From positions 64,001 to 128,000 of the IMG/VR virus record IMGVR_UViG_3300023179_000011: 64,000 nucleotides of DNA. One strand, given 5' to 3'. Shown in pieces: positions 7,587-16,113 of the stretch. This DNA comes from a virus. Both the position numbers and the translations under genes were made by a program. Position 1 is the first letter of the stretch. Each line of letters opens with the position of its first letter. The notes beneath the pieces are model-generated. The model was not told where the DNA came from. It saw nothing but the letters and a program-made list of their open reading frames with translations, and searched no databases.

Positions 7587-8236
7587 GTATTTTCTTTCTT
7601 TTTGTGCTCGTGTGGTATTTTGAGTCCGTGCGCTGCGATAAATGTTTCTAACTCTTTTATGCGCGCGACTAAATTGCGCCAGCATTTCATACGTAATAAA
7701 TTCTCACACTGCGTTACAATTTGCAGGTGGTCTGGATTAACGCAACGCGGGTTTCTACATACGTGATCTAGTTGTACGCCGGGCGGTAGCGGTCCGTTGA
7801 CGCGCGCCCACGAATAACGGTGCGCCATGTGTTTTTTTCCGCGCCACCAAAACTGCCCGTATCCTGCTTTTTTCTTTGCGCCACGACCAGAGCCGCGACC
7901 GTTTTTTATGAAATTCCAGCAACCGGTGTTTTGGTCAACGGCAAACGAGCGCAACCAGCGTTCGTCTTCTGTCTCGTCGTTAATAATTATTGATAAAAAT
8001 CCGCGACGATTATTTTGCGCCCAGTGAGTACTGCACAGATTTTTTGCGATCGGTTTTCGCGCGCAACCGGGAAATACACATGTCGTACCGTTTGCTCCTA
8101 GAGTAGCAATTTTTTTAAGCGGTACGCCGGCACGAAACTGATCGTAGTGGCGCTGACAAAGATTTGCGGCTTTTACTTTTCGCCCGCAGTCTGAAAACGA
8201 GCAAATTCGTTCTGTTATTTTTACGTTATTCGTCAT
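7583..8236 (-). CDS. Free-standing HNH homing endonuclease with two N-terminal C-x4-C-x9-C-x2-H repeats
   Basis: GYGQFWWRGKKHMAHRYSW...LDHVCRNPRCVNPDHLQIVTQCEN; start re-called to the ATG at 8236. Confidence 0.85.
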   Translation of the reverse strand: MTNNVKITERICSFSDCGRKVKAANLCQRHYDQFRAGVPLKKIATLGANGTTCVFPGCARKPIAKNLCSTHWAQNNRRGFLSIIINDETEDERWLRSFAVDQNTGCWNFIKNGRGSGRGAKKKAGYGQFWWRGKKHMAHRYSWARVNGPLPPGVQLDHVCRNPRCVNPDHLQIVTQCENLLRMKCWRNLVARIKELETFIAAHGLKIPHEHKKKENT

Positions 8237-8543
8237 CGTTGTCGTCGAAATCTTCTTCGTATTCGGGGTCGTCATCCTCTTCGTCCTCGTATTCTTCGTC
8301 CCAGTCTTCGTCGTCGTCACCCCATTCTTCGTCCTCGTCTTCCTCGTCGTCTTCTTCGTCATCGTCGTCCGTGAAAACGTAGTTTGGTTTTGAAAAATCG
8401 CTATCTTTGTCTTCGTCGTCGTTTTCTTCATCGTTTACGAACTGCCACTCTTCTTCAATAAAATCATCGTCTAATCCGTCGTCGTGGCGTGCGGCTTTCT
8501 CATCTCTGTGTCGACGAAACGAAGCAGGCTCAAAGTAGCGCAT
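8226..8543 (-). CDS. Extremely acidic small protein
   Basis: Start re-called to MRYFEP; the C-terminal two-thirds is dominated by D/E. Confidence 0.7.
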   Translation of the reverse strand: MRYFEPASFRRHRDEKAARHDDGLDDDFIEEEWQFVNDEENDDEDKDSDFSKPNYVFTDDDDEEDDEEDEDEEWGDDDEDWDEEYEDEEDDDPEYEEDFDDNDDE

Positions 8544-8545
8544 AG

Positions 8546-11179
8546 TTATCCAGTTTCCCGGGCAAGATTGGCGGCTGGTAATAAATATTGATCGCACCAA
8601 CTACTGTCAACAAGAATGCCCGGGAGATTGCGTACAGCCTCTTCTCCGGCGAGAACTCCACGTTGCGCCAATAGTTTAACAAGCCACGACCAATTTGGGG
8701 CTATGGCTTTTCTATCATAAAAATAGCGATCAATTGCCCGCTGGTTCAACCACCAGTGCGTTTTTTTACGCACTATGTAATTTCCGGGCTGCCCGATATT
8801 TCGGGCCCGCGGCAAAACCGACAGATCGCCGTTTTGAATGGCTGCTGTTAACGCCGTAAAAAACGCTGTATCAGCCGAGTTTTGCGTAATTAGATGGTTG
8901 TTTGCGTATTCAAGTTGGAACGCGTTTCCGTATGTTTCTGTCAACCATGCGTGCATATCTGCCAGCACGGCTATGGTAGTTATCGGGTGCGTGAGGCTGA
9001 CGCGCATACGCTGCCGGAGCGTGCGCTGGATGTACGCTGGCAGTATGTAAGTAAGCGGCGCAAAATCTGTCGCCGGGCTCGCCGTCCCATTGACTATTTG
9101 CCAGCCGTATGTCGGCGCGACGCTGGCCGTCTGCGGTGACAAGTGCGCAAGTATAGGCCGATTATGGCAGCGCGGAACTATTGGGCTTAGACTGGTGGCG
9201 TCGAATACGCTAGCAATTGTTGTTGGCCAGTCTAGCGCCGTTGTGCGGTCATACACGGCGGCGCACGCATTTGATCGTCGCAAAATATCAATACGCTGAT
9301 GTGCGCAACCAAGCGTTTCAGCGATTTTGATTGCGGTTAAAAAACTGTCGTCGGTAAGCCCGGTCGCCGCTGAGTCGCGCCGCAAAATTGGGGCAATCAG
9401 GTCTGCTGTAATTACCGCGACAACCGTCCATATAAATGCGTTCTCGGGGCTTGGTGTTAGAAACTGCCTTATCGCGGGCGGCGCAACAGCCACGGGTTCT
9501 GGGAAAACTACGTGTTTGTTTTTTTCGCTGGGTTGTGCGGGGGCTGACGGCGTACCATCTACCGCCAACTCGTAGTTTGCGAAACGAAATGCGTTTGCGC
9601 GGTCGTCCCACCCGAGACAATTAGATACGCATACAAGTTCTGGTTTGCTTAGCGCTATCGCTATCAGGTGACTGCGGCTGTTCCAACGACTGTCGTACAG
9701 CATTACTTTTTTATGCGCGGCAACAACGCCAGCTGTGTACGCCAATAATCCCGCGCGTTCTATTTTAACGGCATTATCCGCAAATGGTATTTCTTCGCCG
9801 TTAAGGTAGATGACGCCGGTATAAGTTTTCTCGCCGTCGTCGGCTTGCATAATTTTGCTAATGACAATGTTTGCGTCACAAATGTGATGATTTGTAACAC
9901 TCCACCAACCGTCAGCTTTTGGAACGACAGTTCGCTGCCACGGTTGTTGCACCGTCGGCGTAATATTTTTCGACGTCTTGACGTGCGTCAACACGCGGTC
10001 AGAAAAACCCGGCGAAAAATTATCGCCGATTTTATTTAGAAACGGTACAAGTTTATCGGTCGAAATTGTGAGCCGTGTTGCAAATGAGTGCGCCGCTATT
10101 TCGTTCATTTGACCAAGCGTGCTGGTTAAACGCGTCTGCCACGTCTCGGCGTTTTTGCGCAGCGACACGAGGCGGCTCATTGCGTTTGTCGCAAGTCTTT
10201 TTTGCAGGCGCTGGTTTTGTGCGGCTACCGTTACGTAGCCCCGTGCATTTGCCGCGCGGCTAATCAATTCAGGCGACACCACGTGACTTTGAAAAATACG
10301 AGGCACCGGAGTAAACGCGCACCAACTCCCGCCCCAGCTGTTTGCCTCAACGCCTGTATAGCTCGCCATGAGCGGCAAAAGAGACAGCCCGCGGCGCAGC
10401 ATCTCGCACTGCAAGCTCAAAGCCCACATAGGGTCATCGACAATAAATTGCGTGCTTTTTAGCAGCTCTCCTGCCGGCAAAAGCGCGGTGCGTAATAAAA
10501 AGTATCCTGCTTCTGGCCTGTTTCTTTTGTACTGGCTGACGGCGATAAAATTTTGTTTTGCCGTAAACTGTTCGTCGTATTGCGCTATTAAAAACCCGGT
10601 TAACCTACCGGGAAGATCGTAGTACGGGAATACAAGGCTGGCGCCGTTATCGCGTATAGGGTTTATCAATGGCCGGCGGACAAATCGTTGTAGCGTGTCT
10701 AGCTGTTCTTTGTACGCCACGCCGACTAGCCCAGCCGCGTTTATTTCTGGATATACGCCAAGTTCCCGCAGGCGACAGGCAATGATATCATCGTGGTGCC
10801 CCCAAATCTGCGCCTCAGCGTCAAACCAGAACTGCTCAAATTTTTCGACGCGTTCGACGGTCCGGGCGTATTCATTAACCGCGTTATCTTTTTCGGCGGC
10901 ATTTATGGCGTTTAATTCGATAAACCGGGCGATCGCCACATCCGGGCTTGTATTCCATAATGCCGCGCCAAACGTTATGATATCTCCATGGGCTAAGCAC
11001 GCATTACAGTGCAGCCAGATACCGTTAGTACTTGCGTCGTCGAACAGGTGTAGCGTATTTTTTTGACACAGCGGACAACCGACGACGGCTGGAAAAACCA
11101 ACTGGTCAGGTGCAATGCCCAACGCCGACAGGGCAATCGCGTGGTGTTGGCGGCTAATTAAACAGGTAGGAAATCCCAT
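8546..11179 (-). CDS. Primase-like Zn-ribbon / DUF927-like replication protein with apparently degenerate catalytic motifs
   Basis: N-terminal CPLC...LHCNAC..GDII ribbon, a DnaG-like LVFPYYDLPGRLTGF segment and a DUF927-like ...LGWDD...F segment; the start could be 11188 or 11179. Confidence 0.55.
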   Translation of the reverse strand: MGFPTCLISRQHHAIALSALGIAPDQLVFPAVVGCPLCQKNTLHLFDDASTNGIWLHCNACLAHGDIITFGAALWNTSPDVAIARFIELNAINAAEKDNAVNEYARTVERVEKFEQFWFDAEAQIWGHHDDIIACRLRELGVYPEINAAGLVGVAYKEQLDTLQRFVRRPLINPIRDNGASLVFPYYDLPGRLTGFLIAQYDEQFTAKQNFIAVSQYKRNRPEAGYFLLRTALLPAGELLKSTQFIVDDPMWALSLQCEMLRRGLSLLPLMASYTGVEANSWGGSWCAFTPVPRIFQSHVVSPELISRAANARGYVTVAAQNQRLQKRLATNAMSRLVSLRKNAETWQTRLTSTLGQMNEIAAHSFATRLTISTDKLVPFLNKIGDNFSPGFSDRVLTHVKTSKNITPTVQQPWQRTVVPKADGWWSVTNHHICDANIVISKIMQADDGEKTYTGVIYLNGEEIPFADNAVKIERAGLLAYTAGVVAAHKKVMLYDSRWNSRSHLIAIALSKPELVCVSNCLGWDDRANAFRFANYELAVDGTPSAPAQPSEKNKHVVFPEPVAVAPPAIRQFLTPSPENAFIWTVVAVITADLIAPILRRDSAATGLTDDSFLTAIKIAETLGCAHQRIDILRRSNACAAVYDRTTALDWPTTIASVFDATSLSPIVPRCHNRPILAHLSPQTASVAPTYGWQIVNGTASPATDFAPLTYILPAYIQRTLRQRMRVSLTHPITTIAVLADMHAWLTETYGNAFQLEYANNHLITQNSADTAFFTALTAAIQNGDLSVLPRARNIGQPGNYIVRKKTHWWLNQRAIDRYFYDRKAIAPNWSWLVKLLAQRGVLAGEEAVRNLPGILVDSSWCDQYLLPAANLARETG

Positions 11180-12356
11180 GACAAACATCCCGCTCGATCA
11201 GGCGCATGACGTCAGTGGCCGCGAAACACACAGGCTTACGACTCTGTATCCGCAGCCCGACTTTGTAAAAAATGCCGCGCACGAAAAACTGAGTGGTGCC
11301 GCGGATTTACCACGCCATCTATACGCCGATCAGCGCCATAAACTTTATCCGTGCCATACCGCCCCTGCAACATGGATGTCCGCTCTTTTCTTCGCGGACA
11401 AGCAGGCGCAGTTCGACGCCAGGGAGGCTGCGGCTATTCAATCTAGAATACACCAAGCCGCCGAGTATTTCGGTATTCGCGGGGCGGTCACTGAATTAGA
11501 AGAGAAAGTCGCGGCTAGCGCGGCGCAGGATATTAATAGCCTACCTGATTCCGAGTTTGCCATTGTCTGGGTGAGCGACGTCGGGGGGAAAGAACGCCAT
11601 TGGCCGCTGCGCAACGCCGAAGAAGTCAAGTTTGCGGCCGCGCATTTTAAGACTTTCCGCGACAACTTTGTTTTTGACGACCGACACGTAATTGCCACAA
11701 AGATCCTCGAAAAGGCCGCGCAATACGACGCAGACGTTTCGGGGGCTGAGGGCTCGCTAGAGCTGGCCGCTGGGCTGGGTGCCTGCGCGGCCAAAGTAGC
11801 GAGCGATATGATCAAAGACCGCGTACGGCTCACCCGCCGGCAGCATGCGCAGCTGGCAGTAGAGTTGTCCAAGTTAGCAGAAGCGGTCGACCAGAACCCC
11901 GAAATGGCGCGTACGGTTGACATGCGGCTAAAGTTGGCGAGCGCGGTCGATAATTTTGATAGAAATACTAACCTCTATCGCCTGTACGACGCCGGCGGCC
12001 TTCCGCGCCCCGAAGAAGTTCTGTTCGCCATTACCGAAAAGGTGGCGCGGGACTTCATGGCGCAGAATGTCGAAACCACTACGGGCAACGTATATGCTCT
12101 CGATGATCTTGAGAAGCTAGCCGTTGATGATGTGCGCGAGTGGCTTGGCGACGACTTCGCTGACGCGGTAAGCGCCGGCGGCGTGTACATGGACCGCGAA
12201 AAACTGGCCGCGATTGTACCCACGCTTGATCGCGGTATGGCGGCTATGCTCGACCGACTTATGTCTGAGAAGAGCGCCGGGGCGGTTGTTAAGTCAGCGT
12301 CGGCTGACAGCCTTCTTTCGCTTGCCCGGCTTCATGAGCTTGCGGCTGGCGGCTGA
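11178..12356 (+). CDS. Putative virion-head-associated protein with two DUF6582-like repeats
   Basis: Repeats YPCHT...ALFF...RI.QAAEYFGI and WPLRN..V..AA.HF...KILEKAAQY; contains EKVAAS and VKSAS motifs; start re-called to 11178. Confidence 0.55.
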   Translation: MTNIPLDQAHDVSGRETHRLTTLYPQPDFVKNAAHEKLSGAADLPRHLYADQRHKLYPCHTAPATWMSALFFADKQAQFDAREAAAIQSRIHQAAEYFGIRGAVTELEEKVAASAAQDINSLPDSEFAIVWVSDVGGKERHWPLRNAEEVKFAAAHFKTFRDNFVFDDRHVIATKILEKAAQYDADVSGAEGSLELAAGLGACAAKVASDMIKDRVRLTRRQHAQLAVELSKLAEAVDQNPEMARTVDMRLKLASAVDNFDRNTNLYRLYDAGGLPRPEEVLFAITEKVARDFMAQNVETTTGNVYALDDLEKLAVDDVREWLGDDFADAVSAGGVYMDREKLAAIVPTLDRGMAAMLDRLMSEKSAGAVVKSASADSLLSLARLHELAAGG

Positions 12357-12800
12357 CGCTTTCTTTTTTGGCTTTCGCTTTTTTACCGGCGGATTAAATA
12401 GCGTCCGTATACGGTTCAGCACGAACCTATCGGTAGTCCGCTTATAGTTTACGTCGTCCCACGCTTGATCGACTTGCTCGATACCGCGCCGCGAGGCTTC
12501 GATGTCGTGGGCTAAACTGTAGGCGGGGTTGTGCCATTTAAACGCCGCCTCTTTTTTCTCGCGCGTGTCGCACACCGACATTTCAAATACTTCGTGTGTG
12601 CGCCGGTCGATGATCATTTGCGCGCTGGCGACGATACCAAATATACCCTGATGTTTTGCTTCGTAGACTGCGTCAACAATCGCCGCGTTGTCGCCGTAAC
12701 ACGACCAGCAGTAGTCCACGACTTCTTGAATGCTGTAGTTGCAGGCACGAAAAAATTCAGCTATTCGCGCCAGACCGGCGTGATCTATTTTGATGCTCAC
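12294..12800 (-). CDS. Conserved phage hypothetical protein
   Basis: YCWSCYGDNA...W.NP.Y...HDIEA..RG....QAWDDVNY pattern recalled from environmental phages; basic tail. Confidence 0.7.
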   Translation of the reverse strand: MSIKIDHAGLARIAEFFRACNYSIQEVVDYCWSCYGDNAAIVDAVYEAKHQGIFGIVASAQMIIDRRTHEVFEMSVCDTREKKEAAFKWHNPAYSLAHDIEASRRGIEQVDQAWDDVNYKRTTDRFVLNRIRTLFNPPVKKRKPKKKASAASRKLMKPGKRKKAVSRR

Positions 12801-13045
12801 TTGAAAACTAACTCCTTCAATTTTGTTATCAATTCGCGCACACCCCGCCGGGTTGGCGCCGGCACTGCGCGCGCCGGCACTTCGCCCGGCTCAACGTTTT
12901 GAGAAGATAAGCCGCCCGACTTCTCGGCTAACTCGCTTCGACAGTATTCGAGGTAGAGTTGCCAGTTGTCGTAAGAATCTCTGTCTTCGGCTCGTTCGTA
13001 TGGGATGTAGGGTGGTGCGTCTGGGACTCTGTCGTTCCAGCCCAT
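12797..13045 (-). CDS. Hypothetical protein
   Basis: 82-aa ORF overlapping the csrA C-terminal extension in another frame; coupled to the downstream gene. Confidence 0.55.
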   Translation of the reverse strand: MGWNDRVPDAPPYIPYERAEDRDSYDNWQLYLEYCRSELAEKSGGLSSQNVEPGEVPARAVPAPTRRGVRELITKLKELVFK

Positions 13046-13218
13046 TGCTGTTTGTCCTTCTTTTTAGTTCCGCCAATTAACTCGCCCCGCACTATCGTTG
13101 TTGTTTGCGGCGCTGTTAAACCAATCTTGACTCGATCGCCTGTGATTCCCAAAACTTTCACAACGATTCCGTCGCCAATTACAACTTCTTCTTCCTTCTT
13201 CCTTGACAGTACAAGCAC
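12928..13218 (-). CDS. csrA: Carbon storage regulator CsrA/RsmA-family translational regulator
   Basis: MLVLSRKKEEEVVIGDGIVVKVLGITGDRVKIGLTAP..TIVRGEL: canonical CsrA fold, with the beta-1 residues and the Arg equivalent to E. coli R44 retained. Confidence 0.9.
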   Translation of the reverse strand: MLVLSRKKEEEVVIGDGIVVKVLGITGDRVKIGLTAPQTTTIVRGELIGGTKKKDKQQWAGTTESQTHHPTSHTNEPKTEILTTTGNSTSNTVEAS

Positions 13219-13228
13219 CGTGTCACCA

Positions 13229-13900
13229 TCATGATGTAGCTGAACCTTGTAACATTTTTACGACATACTCCGTGTTGCCGTTTTTTAGGTCCAGCGCGGT
13301 CAATTGTTTGATAAGTAAATTCGTTTTTAATCGAATCGACTGGTTGATGTCTTCTGTTTTGTCGGCTTCGAAATCGTAGACCGCGTTAAACATCGCCGGG
13401 TCGTCTGAAAAGTCTGTGATGTTGGGGCTGACCCGGGCAGCCCGCAGAGCAACGCGCAAGATATCTGGCGCGTTAATAATCCCTTCGCTGTCAAGCACTG
13501 CGCCGATATAACCGCGCACTTCGTCGGTAAACGGTTCGTTATCGTCATCTTCGGGCGGGCTGATGAGCAGCGCTTCGGTAATTCCCCACGCCGCCTCTTC
13601 GGCGTCAGCTGGATCCCACATATCGGGGCGGTATGTGTCGCCGCCCATCACGTTGCAGAACGTCACAAAGTCCGGCAGGCTTTTGAAAAACTTGTCGGTT
13701 GTGAGGATCTGAATTGCGACGAGGAGCTTATCGAGCGCAAGCTGCGGCAGTTCAACGTCGAACTCTTCCTCGATTTCGAGCGTGATTGTCGCCGGATCCC
13801 AGTCCAGCGCTTCGACGCCGAACTTATCCAGAAACAGAGTCAGTAGGACGCTCGCAAACGTCTCCCTGCTTTTCCAAGCTTCCTGCGCTATTGTCGACAT
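13229..13900 (-). CDS. Hypothetical acidic helical protein
   Basis: Start re-called to MSTIAQEAW; clean 223-aa ORF. Confidence 0.75.
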   Translation of the reverse strand: MSTIAQEAWKSRETFASVLLTLFLDKFGVEALDWDPATITLEIEEEFDVELPQLALDKLLVAIQILTTDKFFKSLPDFVTFCNVMGGDTYRPDMWDPADAEEAAWGITEALLISPPEDDDNEPFTDEVRGYIGAVLDSEGIINAPDILRVALRAARVSPNITDFSDDPAMFNAVYDFEADKTEDINQSIRLKTNLLIKQLTALDLKNGNTEYVVKMLQGSATS

Positions 13901-14243
13901 TAAGGCCGTTCCTACTCTTGATGATCTGCACACCCCGGCGGTACAGCTCACTTAGATTATACGCGATCGTCTCCAGCGGGCGGCGCGGAAGAAAATCGCG
14001 CGGCTCGCCGGACTCCAGCGCAAGCCAGCCCATAGAGCCGGTCCACGTGACGTACCGTCCGTCTGCGAAAGCGAGCGTGGCGGAGCAGTCACCTTGTATG
14101 TCTTCGATGGGTAGGTCCAGCTCCTGCCGTGTTTGCCGCAGCATCTCGCCGATCATGAGCCGCTGTTCACCGGACAAGAAGTTTAGATTCTCAAGCATGT
14201 CGGCAAGGAGCAGGTAAAATACCGCCTCCGTGTCGACAACCAT
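13824..14243 (-). CDS. Hypothetical protein
   Basis: Protein-like part of track ORF 13824-14594; start uncertain. Confidence 0.5.
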   Translation of the reverse strand: MVVDTEAVFYLLLADMLENLNFLSGEQRLMIGEMLRQTRQELDLPIEDIQGDCSATLAFADGRYVTWTGSMGWLALESGEPRDFLPRRPLETIAYNLSELYRRGVQIIKSRNGLNVDNSAGSLEKQGDVCERPTDSVSG

Positions 14244-14370
14244 GGCCGGGTTATACGTCCACTGGCGCTTTAAAACGGTCGTGAAAACGTTGCGAATTTG
14301 CAACTTGCTTATTTTTACGACGCGCACTACCATATCGAGCGTCGGGTTTATTTCTTCACTGGAGGTATTT

Positions 14371-14649
14371 ATGTCTGTTTCCATCATCGACAACCTTTCT
14401 AATATCACGCAAGGACGAGCTGAGTTTGTCGTCAGCGGTGATGGTATCGAGGAACTGCTGTCGTCTGCAACCGCGAACGCTGTGCTGCAGAAAGCAGCCG
14501 AGGCTGGCTTGCACCGGCCGGGCGTTTCTAGTGCCAGCGGCCCGTACCCGGTTGACGGCGAGGGCAAGACCGACGACGAACTGCTCATGGGCAAGCGCGG
14601 CCCTGTTGCGGGCTACCGCCGAGATTTTGTTATCTTGGCGTCGCTCTGA
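14371..14649 (+). CDS. Hypothetical protein
   Basis: GGAGGT RBS before the ATG at 14371 (MSVSIIDNL). Confidence 0.75.
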   Translation: MSVSIIDNLSNITQGRAEFVVSGDGIEELLSSATANAVLQKAAEAGLHRPGVSSASGPYPVDGEGKTDDELLMGKRGPVAGYRRDFVILASL

Positions 14650-15009
14650 TCAGGCGTCGTCTGCCCGGTCCACGACGATCATCTTGCCGGGCTGACCAAA
14701 CATAAACGGGACAACGGCGAAGCACACCGGTGTGCGGCAGTCGACGTCTAGGCGCTTGGCGCACGCATAGCCGGTGCGGAAGCTTATGTTTTTTGCTGCC
14801 GCGATCGCTGCCTCCTTGGTTCCAAACAAACCGACAGGCACGTCATCCATGGTGTGGCGCCAAACGACGAGATAGCCGTGCAGACCGCCGGCGATCGTCT
14901 CGCGTGAATAGCTCCACGTCTTCTTTTGTGCTGTTGTCTTTCTACCCGAGGCGCGCGGAGCGCGCCTCTTCTTTTGTGTTTTTGATACTTTCAATGTCAA
15001 AGTGGTCAT
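14650..15009 (-). CDS. Hypothetical protein with a basic N-terminus
   Basis: 119-aa ORF with GAGGA upstream. Confidence 0.65.
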   Translation of the reverse strand: MTTLTLKVSKTQKKRRAPRASGRKTTAQKKTWSYSRETIAGGLHGYLVVWRHTMDDVPVGLFGTKEAAIAAAKNISFRTGYACAKRLDVDCRTPVCFAVVPFMFGQPGKMIVVDRADDA

Positions 15010-15014
15010 TCCTC

Positions 15015-15584
15015 TTAGGGGAGCGGATTGTTCTCTGTTGGTTCTGCTGATGTGTCATCGGCGTCTGTGTCGACCACAATTTTTGTACGGCCATTGCTGA
15101 AATAGCGCGAACCGTAACTGGTAAAAATTTCATCTCCGGCGGCTATGTCTTTTTGCGCGATAAGATCTGCTACGTTTGCCGGCCAGTTAAAACTCCAGTT
15201 GGCGTTTGGCGAGTCTTGGTGGTTGTATAGCATTCCGTACCCAAGCACCATGTACATGTGGCTTCCGTGCCGTTTGCACTCCTCGCAGGGACACGAACTG
15301 TTTGTATACAGGTAATTAAATAACTGCGGGTCTTTGTGATACTTTGTGCGAAACGCCAGCTGAATCATCGGACACCGCTCGACCAGCTCGCCTTTTTTGA
15401 TATCGTTTGTCGCAAAAACACCGCGACCGTGTACGCCGGAATAACCAAGCTCAATTTTTGTCGGTCGAAACAACGGTACCCGCTCTGGTTCTGTTTTTTC
15501 TACCGAGACTTCTTTTTCGGTGGCTTCGGTTTCGGGCGCGTTTTGGATTTTTTCGGCGGGTCCTTCTGTCTTGTCTTCCGACAT
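15015..15584 (-). CDS. SET-domain protein-lysine methyltransferase
   Basis: SGVHGRGVFATNDIKKGELVE, LGYGMLYNHQDSPNA and KDIAAGDEIFTSYG motifs, with a CPCEEC insert. Confidence 0.9.
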   Translation of the reverse strand: MSEDKTEGPAEKIQNAPETEATEKEVSVEKTEPERVPLFRPTKIELGYSGVHGRGVFATNDIKKGELVERCPMIQLAFRTKYHKDPQLFNYLYTNSSCPCEECKRHGSHMYMVLGYGMLYNHQDSPNANWSFNWPANVADLIAQKDIAAGDEIFTSYGSRYFSNGRTKIVVDTDADDTSAEPTENNPLP

Positions 15585-15604
15585 GTCATTACCTCGTGTG
15601 TGAG

Positions 15605-16078
15605 TTATTCTTCGGGGCCAAATTTATCGATGTGGGCAAGTCTAGCGCAATAAAATTCTGCGACAAGACCAGCCACGTGCTCAAAACGTTTCACTATGTC
15701 AGGAAGAACCTGCTCGTTGAATACGCGCACAATGACGCGGCGAAATTTGGCTATCGCTTCTTTTGTGTAACCCTCTTCTCGCGCTTTTTCGGCGGCTTTG
15801 CGAATATCCGCGTTGCCGTCAAACTGCAATTGAAGATAAGCCGGGTTTACAAACTCAATTATGTGTCCGTACACTTGCCTGACTTCGTAGGCGCAGGGCA
15901 CGTCAAATACGCCGGCGCCGGGCCATCGCTCGCCGTCTACTTCGTCCTCTGACAGGTATCGCAGCTTTCCCAGCGTCCAACCGAATGCCGCTGCGTCATC
16001 ATTCGGTTCAGCCATGGTAAAGGCTGGTTTTGGCGCTGGCGGTTTTTTGTCGAGTTTTACTTTGCTTTTACGCGCCAT
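15605..16078 (-). CDS. Hypothetical protein
   Basis: 157-aa ORF with a basic N-terminus. Confidence 0.7.
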   Translation of the reverse strand: MARKSKVKLDKKPPAPKPAFTMAEPNDDAAAFGWTLGKLRYLSEDEVDGERWPGAGVFDVPCAYEVRQVYGHIIEFVNPAYLQLQFDGNADIRKAAEKAREEGYTKEAIAKFRRVIVRVFNEQVLPDIVKRFEHVAGLVAEFYCARLAHIDKFGPEE

Positions 16079-16113
16079 GATTCACAATAGCTAAGGAAAA
16101 TTGGGACAGTTTT

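Noticed and set aside
8237-8431. Thr/Lys-rich N-terminal extension of the HNH ORF in the track
   Set aside because: It is an off-frame reading of the acidic gene 8226-8543; the HNH starts at 8236.
14225-14232. CACGGAGG as a further CsrA operator
   Set aside because: It lies within coding sequence (D-T-E-A), has no supporting stem and is not at a normal distance from a start codon.
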